From a virus, in IMG/VR virus record IMGVR_UViG_3300027736_000029, positions 40,267-104,266 of that record: a DNA stretch of 64,000 nt, one strand, 5' to 3'. Below the pieces are notes generated by a model. It saw nothing but the letters and a program-made list of their open reading frames with translations. It made no database searches and was not told where the DNA came from. Position numbers and translations under genes: made by a program. Below, piece after piece: positions 18,102 to 27,736 of this stretch; the stretch's first letter is position 1; every line of letters begins with the position of its first letter.

Positions 18102-19526
18102 CTAAAAACCTTCAAGGATAGAATCTTTAGGTATTGAAAAATATTGTTTATTTAAACGTTTTTTTCTTTTAATCCACCAATCAGATTTAGAAACATATAG
18201 TAAATATTCAAAAACATCGGTAAATGGTTTTTTTGTCATAGTAGTCCAAAAAGTTTTAAATTCATCTGTTAAATTATTTTCAATATCTTCAATAGGTACT
18301 GTCCTTAATGCACCTGGTGATGAATTTCTATTAACATCGTATGTGGTATATCCAAAATAATCTGTGGATATTTTTGTTGGGTTACCTGTAAAATAAAATG
18401 ATTCTCCAGGGTTTGGATTTATTAAATAAACAAATCCATATTTTTTTAATGATTCATGTCTAAAATAAAATCTTACTTCTTGTCGATGAGTAATCACTTT
18501 ATAATTATTTATATCAGAAAATATTTCATTCGATTGTAAAAGATTATTTTTAATATCATTAATATAGGTGGTAACGGTATTAATCTTACTTTGATTATTT
18601 TTCTTAAGCTCACCCAAATGCGGTAATCCATTGTAAGATAAAAGTGATATTAAATTATCTTCAGTTACAATCGTATTTTCATTAAAAATAAGTTCCATTC
18701 TTTGTTTAAAATTTTCTAAACTTTCATTTTTACAAGATAAAAATATACTTTCAGTTGGAACTGAACCTAAGTAAGTTTTTTTAAAAATATCATTATATGT
18801 GAAAACATCGTCATACCAAATATCACTCAATAAGACCTCATCATTGTTATATTTTATAGAATAATCTTGATTATTAGGTTTTTCACAAATGAAATGACAT
18901 AAAACTAAATCTTGGTCAACATTTTCAAAGAAATTCTCAATATCTATAATTGATTTTAAAGTGACTGTTTTTTTAAAAATATCCCTAAATCCTTCAAACA
19001 CTTTAGTAGGATTTTGAAATATTGTTTTAGGTAGGATATAATATACATGACTATTTTTTGGTGAAATATCTATAGTATGTAATATAAAAAAAACCGCTTC
19101 TTCCTTTATTGCCTTTATTGAATACGTATTTTTTAATTTTTTAATGACTTTGGTATGGGTTTTGGATGATTCGTTTGGTGTCCTAAAAGGTGGATTACCA
19201 AAATAAAAAATAGGATTATTATTTTTAGAGAAATCAACATCATAAAAATTTTTAAATGATAATGTTAAATTTTTATCTCTCAACTCATCTATAACCCATT
19301 GATATTCCTCATCAATTTCAAAACCATATATATGATTAAAATTGTAATTGTTTTTAACGTATCTTAAGATATTACCACTCCCAAAACTCGGTTCAACAAA
19401 ATCATAATTGCTATAATCAAAATCAGCATTTAATCCAAACAACTTTTCTATAGTTTCAATAGGTGTATTATATTGACCTAAAAGTTGTTTTTTATTTGCG
19501 GTATTCTTAGATACAGAATTTTTCAT
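18102..19526 (-). CDS. amino-DNA methyltransferase (gamma class) of a putative R-M system
   Basis: LGQYNTP (motif X), FVEPSFGSGN (I), GFEID (II), GNPPF (IV). Confidence 0.85.
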   Translation of the reverse strand: MKNSVSKNTANKKQLLGQYNTPIETIEKLFGLNADFDYSNYDFVEPSFGSGNILRYVKNNYNFNHIYGFEIDEEYQWVIDELRDKNLTLSFKNFYDVDFSKNNNPIFYFGNPPFRTPNESSKTHTKVIKKLKNTYSIKAIKEEAVFFILHTIDISPKNSHVYYILPKTIFQNPTKVFEGFRDIFKKTVTLKSIIDIENFFENVDQDLVLCHFICEKPNNQDYSIKYNNDEVLLSDIWYDDVFTYNDIFKKTYLGSVPTESIFLSCKNESLENFKQRMELIFNENTIVTEDNLISLLSYNGLPHLGELKKNNQSKINTVTTYINDIKNNLLQSNEIFSDINNYKVITHRQEVRFYFRHESLKKYGFVYLINPNPGESFYFTGNPTKISTDYFGYTTYDVNRNSSPGALRTVPIEDIENNLTDEFKTFWTTMTKKPFTDVFEYLLYVSKSDWWIKRKKRLNKQYFSIPKDSILEGF

Positions 19527-20205
19527 TTATAATTTTTTCAATATTTTTTTTAGTAAAGATTTCACCTATCGTTTTATCACCTCTATTATAATTATAGAGG
19601 TTCTTTCCATCATTATAAATACTTAATAAATAATGGTTATTTAATACCTTGTCATTATAATTTAATTGCCCCTCATAATTATTACCTTTATGTTGCCCTG
19701 ATAAATAAGCCTTTTCAATTTCTCTGTTTTTTACTGTCTTAGAAATCATATCTGATGGTAATATGAATATATCCATACCATCTTTAAACAATACTACCGC
19801 CAATAAATACTCAAATTCTTTAGGTTTAATCTGTTGAAAGGTACTGGTTGAAATGTTTCCACCATATTGTTTTGTGTTTTCTTTATACCCTTTCTTAGAA
19901 TCTTTAATACTAATTGCCCTTTCATAATACGGTCCGTCACCCTTTACCATCATTCTAATTAATTTAGTTTCAATAGTATGTTTTTCTTCGGCAGTTAGTT
20001 GGTCATAGTTTTTACGAGAAACTCTGAACAAATCTTCAAATATCTCATTAGACAACAGTTGTTCCCCATTTTCACCAGCATTAGTTGATTTTTTAAATAT
20101 GTCTATGTAAGGAAACCCACTAAATTTTAATATGTTAGTTTTATGAGTATTTAACTCTTTTATCTTCTCGTCTATTTGTTCAATAGTTAAAAAATTGTTT
20201 TCCAT
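19507..20205 (-). CDS. putative PD-(D/E)xK restriction endonuclease
   Basis: GENGE..YD..IETK..FQQIK pattern; overlaps the MTase start; start reassigned to ATG 20205. Confidence 0.6.
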   Translation of the reverse strand: MENNFLTIEQIDEKIKELNTHKTNILKFSGFPYIDIFKKSTNAGENGEQLLSNEIFEDLFRVSRKNYDQLTAEEKHTIETKLIRMMVKGDGPYYERAISIKDSKKGYKENTKQYGGNISTSTFQQIKPKEFEYLLAVVLFKDGMDIFILPSDMISKTVKNREIEKAYLSGQHKGNNYEGQLNYNDKVLNNHYLLSIYNDGKNLYNYNRGDKTIGEIFTKKNIEKIINEKFCI

Positions 20206-20209
20206 ACTA

Positions 20210-20217
20210 CAAAGATA
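20210..20217 (-). promoter_or_regulatory. Bacteroidota-type -7 promoter element TATCTTTG
   Basis: Ends 4 nt before ATG 20205. Confidence 0.7.
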
Positions 20218-20235
20218 AGGAAAAAATCTCACATT

Positions 20236-22614
20236 TTATTGTGAGACTTTTGAAATGTTTTCAGTTTTTGTAATTCTAACCACATTGTCGGCCCAATTTG
20301 AAATTAAAGGATTGTGACTAATCACAAAGATTTTCTCAAAGTAGTCCTTCAACTTCATGAAGAAGTCCCCAACCATTTCCAAGTTTTCATTAGAAACCTT
20401 ACCCCAAGTCTCATCGTAAACCGATATGTTAGGTTTTGGAAGTGAACATACCTTTGATAGTACCGCTCTAATTGCCAACGCTCCGATTGTCTTTTCATAT
20501 CCTGAACCAGCTGTCATTGGTTTTTCAATACCTGTACCGTTATCAATCATGATAAAGTCAACCTCGTTCTTGTCGTTAATACGAATCTCTAAGTTAAAGA
20601 AACAAGAGTCCTGAAGGAGTCTTTGTAGTTCAGAGTTAATCAACGGCATCATGGTCTTCATAATCACCTTTGTAATACCGTTCTTACCAAACACCTCGAC
20701 ATACATCTTGTAAATCTTCTCACGTTCAAACTCTTCGGCAATCTTTAAGATAACCCCATTATTCTTTTCAATACGAGCATGAAGGTTTTCAATTTGATTT
20801 TGATTGGTTGATTGGATTCTTTCGTATCCACGTTTCTCGTTAATCAATTCATCAATACGTAATCCAGCCTTCACCAACTGAGCATCAATCTCGTTGTTCT
20901 TCTTAATCTTGTCTTGAACCTCTTCGTACCTCTTAAGTTTGTCTTTGGCTTGACCTAATTTCAATTCACTTGATTCCAATTGAATCTCATATTTTTCTTT
21001 GATGAGTTTGTTTCTCTCGTATTCATCAAAGTCTTTCTTAAGTTGAGTATAAGACTTTTCTTTGAAATCAAGGTCTTTCCATTGTTTGGATAACTTGTCA
21101 ACCTTCTTTTCCCAATCTCCCAACTCATCAATCTTTTTCTTTGTGAGCGCCGCTTCCATCAATTTGATTCCGCAGTGTTCACATTGAATGCCATCTCCAA
21201 ACTTCTTAACCAATTGTTCAATCTCTTCAACTTTGTTCTGAGCAAGGATGAGTTCACCGTTTGTGGTTTTCATTCCTTCTTTAACCTCATCATGTTTGTC
21301 TTCATGATAAAAATCTTTTGGTTCCACAATCTTAACCTCTTTGATTTGACCTCTAAGTCTTTCACAAGAACCATCAAAATCTGTGATGTCTGATTGTAGT
21401 TTAATTGGGTTTAGGACAATAAGTTCTTGGTCGATGTCACTATACTTTGACTTCAACAAGTTGTCTTTGTAGTCCTGACCTTTCTGTAATCTCAAATCAA
21501 CATCCTTAACTTTCACATTAGATTCTTCAATCTCGGTTTTAAATTTTTGGATTTGTTCTGATGAACTGTCGTTATCCTGTTTCAAAGATTCTGTGTTGTA
21601 AACATTTGACATCATTCCTTTTGAGAACTCAGAATAGATTTCTTTACCTGTCTCTTCTTTCTTTTTCAAGAACTCAAGACCCAAGAATCTGCTTAACACC
21701 TGACCACGAGCTGTTGGTTTTGCATCCAATAAATCTTCAAGGTTTGATGCTGTTGTTACGATTGTCATCAAGAAGTCATCCATACTACCGATGGATGTTT
21801 TCATGAAGTTCTCGGTCTCTCTACGTTGTTCACCAGTAAAGTTCTGAAGTTGTCCATCAGCTAGTTTCTTGAAGAACTCCAACTCGGTCTTAACATTCCA
21901 TTCACCTGTTTTGGATTTCTTTCTTTCAATCTTACGAGCAATGATATACTCCTCACCGTCAATGATGATGTCACCCTTAACAACTACCGTGTTTTTATCG
22001 GTAAATCGATTGAAGATTTCTTCCGCCTTCTGTGTTTTTGTTGTTGTGTTGAAGAACAAGAACAATAATAAGTCTACCGTTAATACGGTCTTACCTCCAA
22101 AGTTTGGTGGGTCTGATTCAACCACGGTAATACCATTACATTGGTCAAAGTCAATAACTTGGTTCTCACCATAAGATAAGAAGTTACTGAACTCAATTTT
22201 CTTGATGTGCCATTTCTTAAATGCAGTAACTTCAACATCGTTGGCTGTCAATCTATTTTCAACCGCAGAATCAATTCCCATTACTTGTTCGTAATATTGT
22301 TCTTGACCTTTGGATTCCAACATTGACTTGATAAGTTCTCTTTGGTAGTTCTTATCCATGATGTTAACTGATACATCAATCGTTTGTTGTGTGTCCTCTG
22401 TGGTCTTAACCTTTGTGATGACATTGATATTGGTTGAGTTATATTTCTTTTGGAAATATTGCTTAACCGATTTGATTCTTTCTTGTGTGAAGTTCTCTGG
22501 TGTGTCTTCCCATACCACTTGGATATAAGGATTCTCCAATGATTCTACGTCTAACTTTGTTGACATTGTTTTGTAATTAAATTCTGGTTTCGGATTGAAT
22601 AAATCCCATTTCAT
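20236..22614 (-). CDS. sbcC: SbcC/Rad50/gp46-like recombination ATPase with N-terminal extension
   Basis: IEFSNFLSYG, Walker A NFGGKT, zinc hook CEHC, signature GSGYEK, Walker B VYDE, ISH. Confidence 0.92.
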   Translation of the reverse strand: MKWDLFNPKPEFNYKTMSTKLDVESLENPYIQVVWEDTPENFTQERIKSVKQYFQKKYNSTNINVITKVKTTEDTQQTIDVSVNIMDKNYQRELIKSMLESKGQEQYYEQVMGIDSAVENRLTANDVEVTAFKKWHIKKIEFSNFLSYGENQVIDFDQCNGITVVESDPPNFGGKTVLTVDLLLFLFFNTTTKTQKAEEIFNRFTDKNTVVVKGDIIIDGEEYIIARKIERKKSKTGEWNVKTELEFFKKLADGQLQNFTGEQRRETENFMKTSIGSMDDFLMTIVTTASNLEDLLDAKPTARGQVLSRFLGLEFLKKKEETGKEIYSEFSKGMMSNVYNTESLKQDNDSSSEQIQKFKTEIEESNVKVKDVDLRLQKGQDYKDNLLKSKYSDIDQELIVLNPIKLQSDITDFDGSCERLRGQIKEVKIVEPKDFYHEDKHDEVKEGMKTTNGELILAQNKVEEIEQLVKKFGDGIQCEHCGIKLMEAALTKKKIDELGDWEKKVDKLSKQWKDLDFKEKSYTQLKKDFDEYERNKLIKEKYEIQLESSELKLGQAKDKLKRYEEVQDKIKKNNEIDAQLVKAGLRIDELINEKRGYERIQSTNQNQIENLHARIEKNNGVILKIAEEFEREKIYKMYVEVFGKNGITKVIMKTMMPLINSELQRLLQDSCFFNLEIRINDKNEVDFIMIDNGTGIEKPMTAGSGYEKTIGALAIRAVLSKVCSLPKPNISVYDETWGKVSNENLEMVGDFFMKLKDYFEKIFVISHNPLISNWADNVVRITKTENISKVSQ

Positions 22615-22615
22615 T

Positions 22616-22786
22616 TTATTGGTTTTGCGTGTTTCCTGACATTTCTGCCTCACGTTGTTTTGTTAATTCAGCAAGTTGTCTTTTCATTGACTCTTGGAAT
22701 AATTTTTGCATTGCACTGTCAGCGGCCTTCATTTTTTGATTTCTCGCCTCAACCTTTTTTCTGTGTTCCTTTTTTCCTTTACCCAT
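22616..22786 (-). CDS. small basic helical protein (56 aa, not in ORF track)
   Basis: MGKGKKEHRKKVEARNQKMK..NTQNQ*; fills the gap. Confidence 0.6.
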   Translation of the reverse strand: MGKGKKEHRKKVEARNQKMKAADSAMQKLFQESMKRQLAELTKQREAEMSGNTQNQ

Positions 22787-22797
22787 TGTTTTTGTTT

Positions 22798-23148
22798 TTA
22801 ATTATTTGGTGATGGTCGATTCACTTCGAACCACTCGATGATTGCGTTGATTGCCCATACTGACCCTGAAGCCAACATACCATCAAAGAACCATGAGTAA
22901 TAATTGTGAACTCCAAGTAATTCATGTACAGGTGAATATAAGAAAATTCCGTAGAAGAATCCAACCCAAACTGAACAACACATCATACAAGATAACATCT
23001 TTGATAAAAATGCTCCGAATCCGTTTAATGGGTATTTACTATCCCCCCACTTGTTAATGAAATTTCTTGGTCCGTTAAAGATTGAACCATAAACTAAGAT
23101 GTTGCTCATACCATAAGCCATAACCATCCATAATAATAATTGTACCAT
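22798..23148 (-). CDS. DUF1360-like membrane protein
   Basis: TM helices with LSCMMCCSVWVG motif. Confidence 0.65.
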   Translation of the reverse strand: MVQLLLWMVMAYGMSNILVYGSIFNGPRNFINKWGDSKYPLNGFGAFLSKMLSCMMCCSVWVGFFYGIFLYSPVHELLGVHNYYSWFFDGMLASGSVWAINAIIEWFEVNRPSPNN

Positions 23149-23151
23149 ATC

Positions 23152-23322
23152 TTATTCGAAAATTATTCCTTCTTTATCAACATACTGTTTAAAGGCTTCC
23201 ACGGCCTCTTCTTTTGTTGAGTGGTAACCAATAATCGCGTCGTGCTCTGTTGGGTCAATTGCGACAAATGACCCTGCTAATGTTTCATAGACAAATGAGT
23301 CTAAAATTTCTTGTGTTATCAT
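23152..23322 (-). CDS. small hypothetical protein (56 aa, not in ORF track)
   Basis: MITQEILDSFVYETLAG..KEEAVEAFKQYVDKEGIIFE*; fills the gap. Confidence 0.6.
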   Translation of the reverse strand: MITQEILDSFVYETLAGSFVAIDPTEHDAIIGYHSTKEEAVEAFKQYVDKEGIIFE

Positions 23323-23330
23323 ATTTCTTT

Positions 23331-24131
23331 TTATTTGTATAATTTATCGTCCAGGTTTGACCCCTTTAAGTAGACGGCTTGTTTATTTTCTTGGAACTTT
23401 TGAATCTCTTGAATCGTCTGTTCCAATTCTTTTATTTTTTTGTCTTTCTCCAAAGTCTCTTGTCTAACTTTGGCTAAAGTGTTTTGTAATGCATCAAGTT
23501 TAGACTTTGATAAATTGTCCGTTGTTTCCTTCTCTACGACCACTTCTACAGGTGGTTTAGCTAAATGTTCATCTAGAGTTCGTCTAAGTTCATCTAGTTC
23601 CTCATCCTTCTTAGACATTTTATAGTGGAAAATATTTTCGTTTTCTGTCGTTATAGTGGAAAATTCTTGTCTAATTATACCGATTTCGGTAGTTTTAGTG
23701 GAAAATTCTTGTTCCAACTGTTGTATTTTTAACAACAGTTCATTCTCACTACTGTTGTCGTAAATTGTTACAATTTTTTCGACAGGAACCTCTTTAATAA
23801 TTTCCTTAATAACTTCTTTTTCAACAATTACTTCTTTAATAACTTCAACAATTTTTTCAACAGGAACCTCAACATACTCAATTTTTACAACCTCTTTGAT
23901 GACTTCAACAGGTATTTCCACCCGTTTTTCACGGATGACCTCAATTTCCACCCGTTTTTCTTGAATCCCACCCATATTTTCCAAAAGTCCGTACTTTTCA
24001 ATACTGAACCCTTGTTTGAATGAACTCTTAATTATCTCATCAACATTAAACTTGTTAAGAGCACAATAAGACTCCAAGTCCTTCAACTCGTCTTTAGTTA
24101 AAACTATAGTCTTTTGTGTCCCGAAACTCAT
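23331..24131 (-). CDS. coiled-coil protein with V/I-E-K-P repeats
   Basis: VEIPVEVIKEVVKIEYVEVPVEKIVEVIKEV... Confidence 0.75.
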   Translation of the reverse strand: MSFGTQKTIVLTKDELKDLESYCALNKFNVDEIIKSSFKQGFSIEKYGLLENMGGIQEKRVEIEVIREKRVEIPVEVIKEVVKIEYVEVPVEKIVEVIKEVIVEKEVIKEIIKEVPVEKIVTIYDNSSENELLLKIQQLEQEFSTKTTEIGIIRQEFSTITTENENIFHYKMSKKDEELDELRRTLDEHLAKPPVEVVVEKETTDNLSKSKLDALQNTLAKVRQETLEKDKKIKELEQTIQEIQKFQENKQAVYLKGSNLDDKLYK

Positions 24132-24910
24132 TAATAGTTCATCAGTTTTTCAGTCCCATCAACAAGGTTGTCGATTGAGTTAATGTGAAACGCCAAGAAT
24201 GGTTTTGGATTAGGTAAATCAACAAAGTCATATTCATCCTTCTCAACATCATAAACACCATAACCATGTTTGGTAATCTTCTCACCAAAGTTTTGTTGGA
24301 TAGTTGAACCAATCATGTAGGCTTTCTTTTTACCAGGAATGTCGAACACTTGTCGTTTGTGAATATCACCACATAACACCAAGTCACATCCACTGAATTT
24401 GTCTACATCAAACCCATCTTCAAACTTGAATCCGATATCGGTATACAACCCTTGAATAGGTCCGTGAAATAATCCAATGTTCTTCTTGTCTGACTTTTGA
24501 ATATCAGGTGGAATGTTATGTTCCATCAAAGAGTAAACACACCAGTTCACATTATCATCTTCATAGACACCACGATTCTTCAAATAGGTAATTCCATCGT
24601 TCTTCAACGAATCAATAATGGGAGTAAGAGCATCCAACCTTGTGTTGTTGTTTTCAAGGAAATCATGGTTTCCAATAATAACTATAGTTTTGGCAATTTT
24701 AGCACATTCAGATAACACCCACGCAACGAATTCAACCAATTCAGGTGTCATTTGATTTTTAGAATGTACCAAGTCCCCCGTGAAAACAATACGGTCTGGT
24801 CGTAATGTTTCCCACTCCTTTAACGCAGTTTGAAGAATACTACGATATAACTCGTGGTCTTTAAATAATCTGACGTGTAGGTCAGAAAAGTGAACTAATC
24901 TATTAATCAT
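24131..24910 (-). CDS. sbcD: SbcD/Mre11/gp47-like metallophosphoesterase nuclease
   Basis: SDLH, TGDL, GNHD, FHG, GDIH motifs. Confidence 0.9.
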   Translation of the reverse strand: MINRLVHFSDLHVRLFKDHELYRSILQTALKEWETLRPDRIVFTGDLVHSKNQMTPELVEFVAWVLSECAKIAKTIVIIGNHDFLENNNTRLDALTPIIDSLKNDGITYLKNRGVYEDDNVNWCVYSLMEHNIPPDIQKSDKKNIGLFHGPIQGLYTDIGFKFEDGFDVDKFSGCDLVLCGDIHKRQVFDIPGKKKAYMIGSTIQQNFGEKITKHGYGVYDVEKDEYDFVDLPNPKPFLAFHINSIDNLVDGTEKLMNY

Positions 24911-25145
24911 TCAACGTAATCTTTGGTTGTTCAAAGTCATCAAAAGGATTGAATCCTTTATTCACATGACCACATGAATCACATTTGTAGATTGGGAAAG
25001 GTACGATTGTATCCTCTGCAGAACCTGTTAATAGTTTTGACACTTTCTTAATGTAAATCACCTCTCTGAAGTAGATGCTTTCACATTGTTCACATTTGAT
25101 AGTTTCACTATCTCTTAAATTAACTTTTGGTGTTAAATCGCTCAT
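24903..25145 (-). CDS. zinc-ribbon protein
   Basis: CEQC...CDSCGH. Confidence 0.75.
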   Translation of the reverse strand: MSDLTPKVNLRDSETIKCEQCESIYFREVIYIKKVSKLLTGSAEDTIVPFPIYKCDSCGHVNKGFNPFDDFEQPKITLND

Positions 25146-25177
25146 ATTTATTTTTTTATAAGTTTAATCAATTAAAG

Positions 25178-26020
25178 TTATTTTGTCAAATATTGTTTCA
25201 TATCCATATCCATTACGGTATTGATAATTTTTTGAGGTACCTTGTATTCATCATACAAAGAATCTTCCTTTAAGTGTGAAATTACACAACCATAAAGTTT
25301 AATGTTTCCATACTTACTACCTTCCAACATCTTCAATAACAACTTACCGTAAAGAGGTAACTGAAGATAGTAGTGACCCAAGGCATTGTCATGATAATCA
25401 TCAAATGGGTGTAACATTTTCTTAGTGAAATTTGTTACGGTAAAGTTCTTTGGTTTGTTAGTTTTCCAGTCCGTGATGACAATTCCATACTCAGTTTTGT
25501 CACGGTTCATCATCAACCATACTTTATCGGGTTGACCTGTGTATCCAAGTTCAGGATGACCCAGAACCATCTCAGTATCAAGCAATACCGCTCCTCGTTC
25601 TTCCATAAGGTCAAGGTATTTTTTACCCGCAACAATCATGTTATCCCCCTTCATAATTTGGGTTAAATCACAATCGAATTCAGGTTGTCTTACATCCTTA
25701 TAGCTTCCGTGTTTTTTGATAACCTCACTCTCTAAAACAAAGTGAACTCGACTACCCATATTGGTAGAGTAATCACCTGCCGCTGCCCACTCTGCAATCA
25801 ACTCTTGTTGTTTGATTGGGTCACCTTTTGCAACTTTATTGGCAACTTCTTCCGTAGCAAATTCTGTATAAAATTTCTTTAGTACTTTGGATACTGATGG
25901 GTAATCAGTTTTACCGTTCATGGTATATATGTGGTTTTCTTCCTCAAAAGTTAAACCAAGTTCATTTTGTTTTTGTGAAATAATCTCTCTTATTTCTTTA
26001 ACAATCTCTTTTAATTCCAT
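25178..26020 (-). CDS. PD-(D/E)xK (RecB/Cas4-like) exonuclease
   Basis: PSVS, GSRVH, TE, GQPDK, ITDWKT, YYLQLPLY. Confidence 0.85.
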   Translation of the reverse strand: MELKEIVKEIREIISQKQNELGLTFEEENHIYTMNGKTDYPSVSKVLKKFYTEFATEEVANKVAKGDPIKQQELIAEWAAAGDYSTNMGSRVHFVLESEVIKKHGSYKDVRQPEFDCDLTQIMKGDNMIVAGKKYLDLMEERGAVLLDTEMVLGHPELGYTGQPDKVWLMMNRDKTEYGIVITDWKTNKPKNFTVTNFTKKMLHPFDDYHDNALGHYYLQLPLYGKLLLKMLEGSKYGNIKLYGCVISHLKEDSLYDEYKVPQKIINTVMDMDMKQYLTK

Positions 26021-26023
26021 ATT

Positions 26024-26179
26024 TTAATTTTCAAATTTTGATGTTAAGTACTCTATCATATACTTTGCATAATCTGTTAATAAATCATGATTATCAAAGG
26101 TGAACACTTCTAAATTGTTCTGACGAGCTGTGTTGTAAGCCACTTTTAATCTTTGGTAGGTGTCTAATGTAAATGTCAT
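26024..26179 (-). CDS. small phage protein (51 aa, not in ORF track)
   Basis: MTFTLDTYQRLKVAYNTARQNNLEVFTFDNHDLLTDYAKYMIEYLTSKFEN*. Confidence 0.65.
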   Translation of the reverse strand: MTFTLDTYQRLKVAYNTARQNNLEVFTFDNHDLLTDYAKYMIEYLTSKFEN

Positions 26180-26242
26180 ATCCGTGTATATCGTTATATT
26201 CTTAAGCTAAAATACAACATATTTTTCATACCACCAAACTTT

Positions 26243-27157
26243 TTATTTTATTTCGACATAATATTCATCTATTTGTCCTCTTAAATCACAGATATCCTTA
26301 TCAATTGGTAATTTAATAATTTTTACTTTATTATATAATACTCCACCATTTAATTCATGATAAAGTTTTAATCCATCCTTCCACGCATCTCCATCAGGAC
26401 ATATAATCACATTACCTTTGGCATTGTTATATAAGGTTTCAAATAACAACTGACTCATCTTCTTACCTAACATCACTATTGAATTATCTAAAAAGAATCC
26501 ATCAAAGGCACCTTCAACCAAATAAACATCTTTGGACCAGTCAATTAATCCTTCGTTGAATATGATTTCATCTTTAGCTGCGGTTGGGTTTTTATATTTC
26601 ATCTTCTTTGATACCCAAGCTCGAGCAACAAAATAATTCAATGTACCTTCTTTGTTAAATGATGGAACGATTATTCGATAAGCAAATTCACCTGTTACCG
26701 TATATCCTATCTTATACTTCTTAATCATCTCATCCGTGATGCCTCTTGACTTGAGGTAGTTCATCGCTTCGATGTGTGGAATGAATCTTGCATTGGAATC
26801 TTCGAAGGTCGTATAACCTTCAGGTAATTTTAACTTTGGTTTCTTCGCGTCTTGTTGTTTTAATTCCTCAGGTTTGATGAGGTTGTATACTTTCTTTTGA
26901 GCCTTGGTTGCGTGTTTGTCAAATAGTCTCCCTAACGGTCCTTGAGTTCCGTATGTCTCACCACAAGACCAACACTTGTATACGTGTTTTGAGTAGTTAA
27001 TTTCAAGGTTACCTTTTCCGTCTCCATCGTCAAGACCTTTCTCATCAGCACAGACAGGGCAGTCAAAAGATATTTGACCTTTTGACTCGTAGTGTTGTTT
27101 CTCATGACCCAACACATCTCTAAGTAACTCCACTAAAACCTCTACCTCATCTGACAT
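26243..27157 (-). CDS. dnaG: DNA primase (Zn finger plus TOPRIM)
   Basis: CPVC..CWSC, YLKSRGI, RIIVP, KYKNP, LVEGAFD, DGD, KD. Confidence 0.9.
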   Translation of the reverse strand: MSDEVEVLVELLRDVLGHEKQHYESKGQISFDCPVCADEKGLDDGDGKGNLEINYSKHVYKCWSCGETYGTQGPLGRLFDKHATKAQKKVYNLIKPEELKQQDAKKPKLKLPEGYTTFEDSNARFIPHIEAMNYLKSRGITDEMIKKYKIGYTVTGEFAYRIIVPSFNKEGTLNYFVARAWVSKKMKYKNPTAAKDEIIFNEGLIDWSKDVYLVEGAFDGFFLDNSIVMLGKKMSQLLFETLYNNAKGNVIICPDGDAWKDGLKLYHELNGGVLYNKVKIIKLPIDKDICDLRGQIDEYYVEIK

Positions 27158-27211
27158 ACACTAAATATAGTAATTTTTTTGAGTTTAACTACACACGTGA
27201 TTGATTACTGT

Positions 27212-27346
27212 TCAAAAACCCAATAATTTCTCTCTCCACCATTTTTTGAAACGATTACCGTCTTTCAATTTTGTACTTACAATGTGTTCAATCATTACAA
27301 ATACTACCGCTACGGACATTATTAATGTCCAAATAATTAAAATCAT
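27212..27346 (-). CDS. small membrane protein (not in ORF track)
   Basis: MILIIWTLIMSVAVVFVMIEH..FKKWWREKLLGF*; ATGA-coupled to the upstream stop. Confidence 0.55.
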   Translation of the reverse strand: MILIIWTLIMSVAVVFVMIEHIVSTKLKDGNRFKKWWREKLLGF

Positions 27347-27708
27347 ATCCATGTTATTTTTTTTATACTATCAACCCATTTAACATTAATACCAAAATAA
27401 ACAGCATGACTTTTAACCTCGGTTAAAAGGCATTTTTTGATTAATTTATTAATTTTTATTTTGGAAATGTTTTTTTGACCATAAATCTCAGATGACTGCC
27501 ATCTTTTACCTTCAAGGACGCTTATCTTACCAAAAAGTTCACCTTTGAACTCAACATCAATTTCATGATGCATGGGATATTTTCTGAAGTTTGTAATTTT
27601 AAATGAACCTCTTAGAGTTCCATTCGTAAATGATATGTCGCTACCCGAAAACTTTTTGATTGCTTTCTTAATTGCTTTGGATTCATCATCATTTATCACA
27701 TGTCTCAT
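27343..27708 (-). CDS. hypothetical basic protein
   Basis: 121 aa ORF with its own TATCTTTG promoter. Confidence 0.75.
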   Translation of the reverse strand: MRHVINDDESKAIKKAIKKFSGSDISFTNGTLRGSFKITNFRKYPMHHEIDVEFKGELFGKISVLEGKRWQSSEIYGQKNISKIKINKLIKKCLLTEVKSHAVYFGINVKWVDSIKKITWI

Positions 27709-27712
27709 ACGA

Positions 27713-27720
27713 CAAAGATA
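27713..27720 (-). promoter_or_regulatory. Bacteroidota-type -7 promoter element TATCTTTG
   Basis: Ends 4 nt before ATG 27708. Confidence 0.7.
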
Positions 27721-27736
27721 ATGATAATATTTTAAT

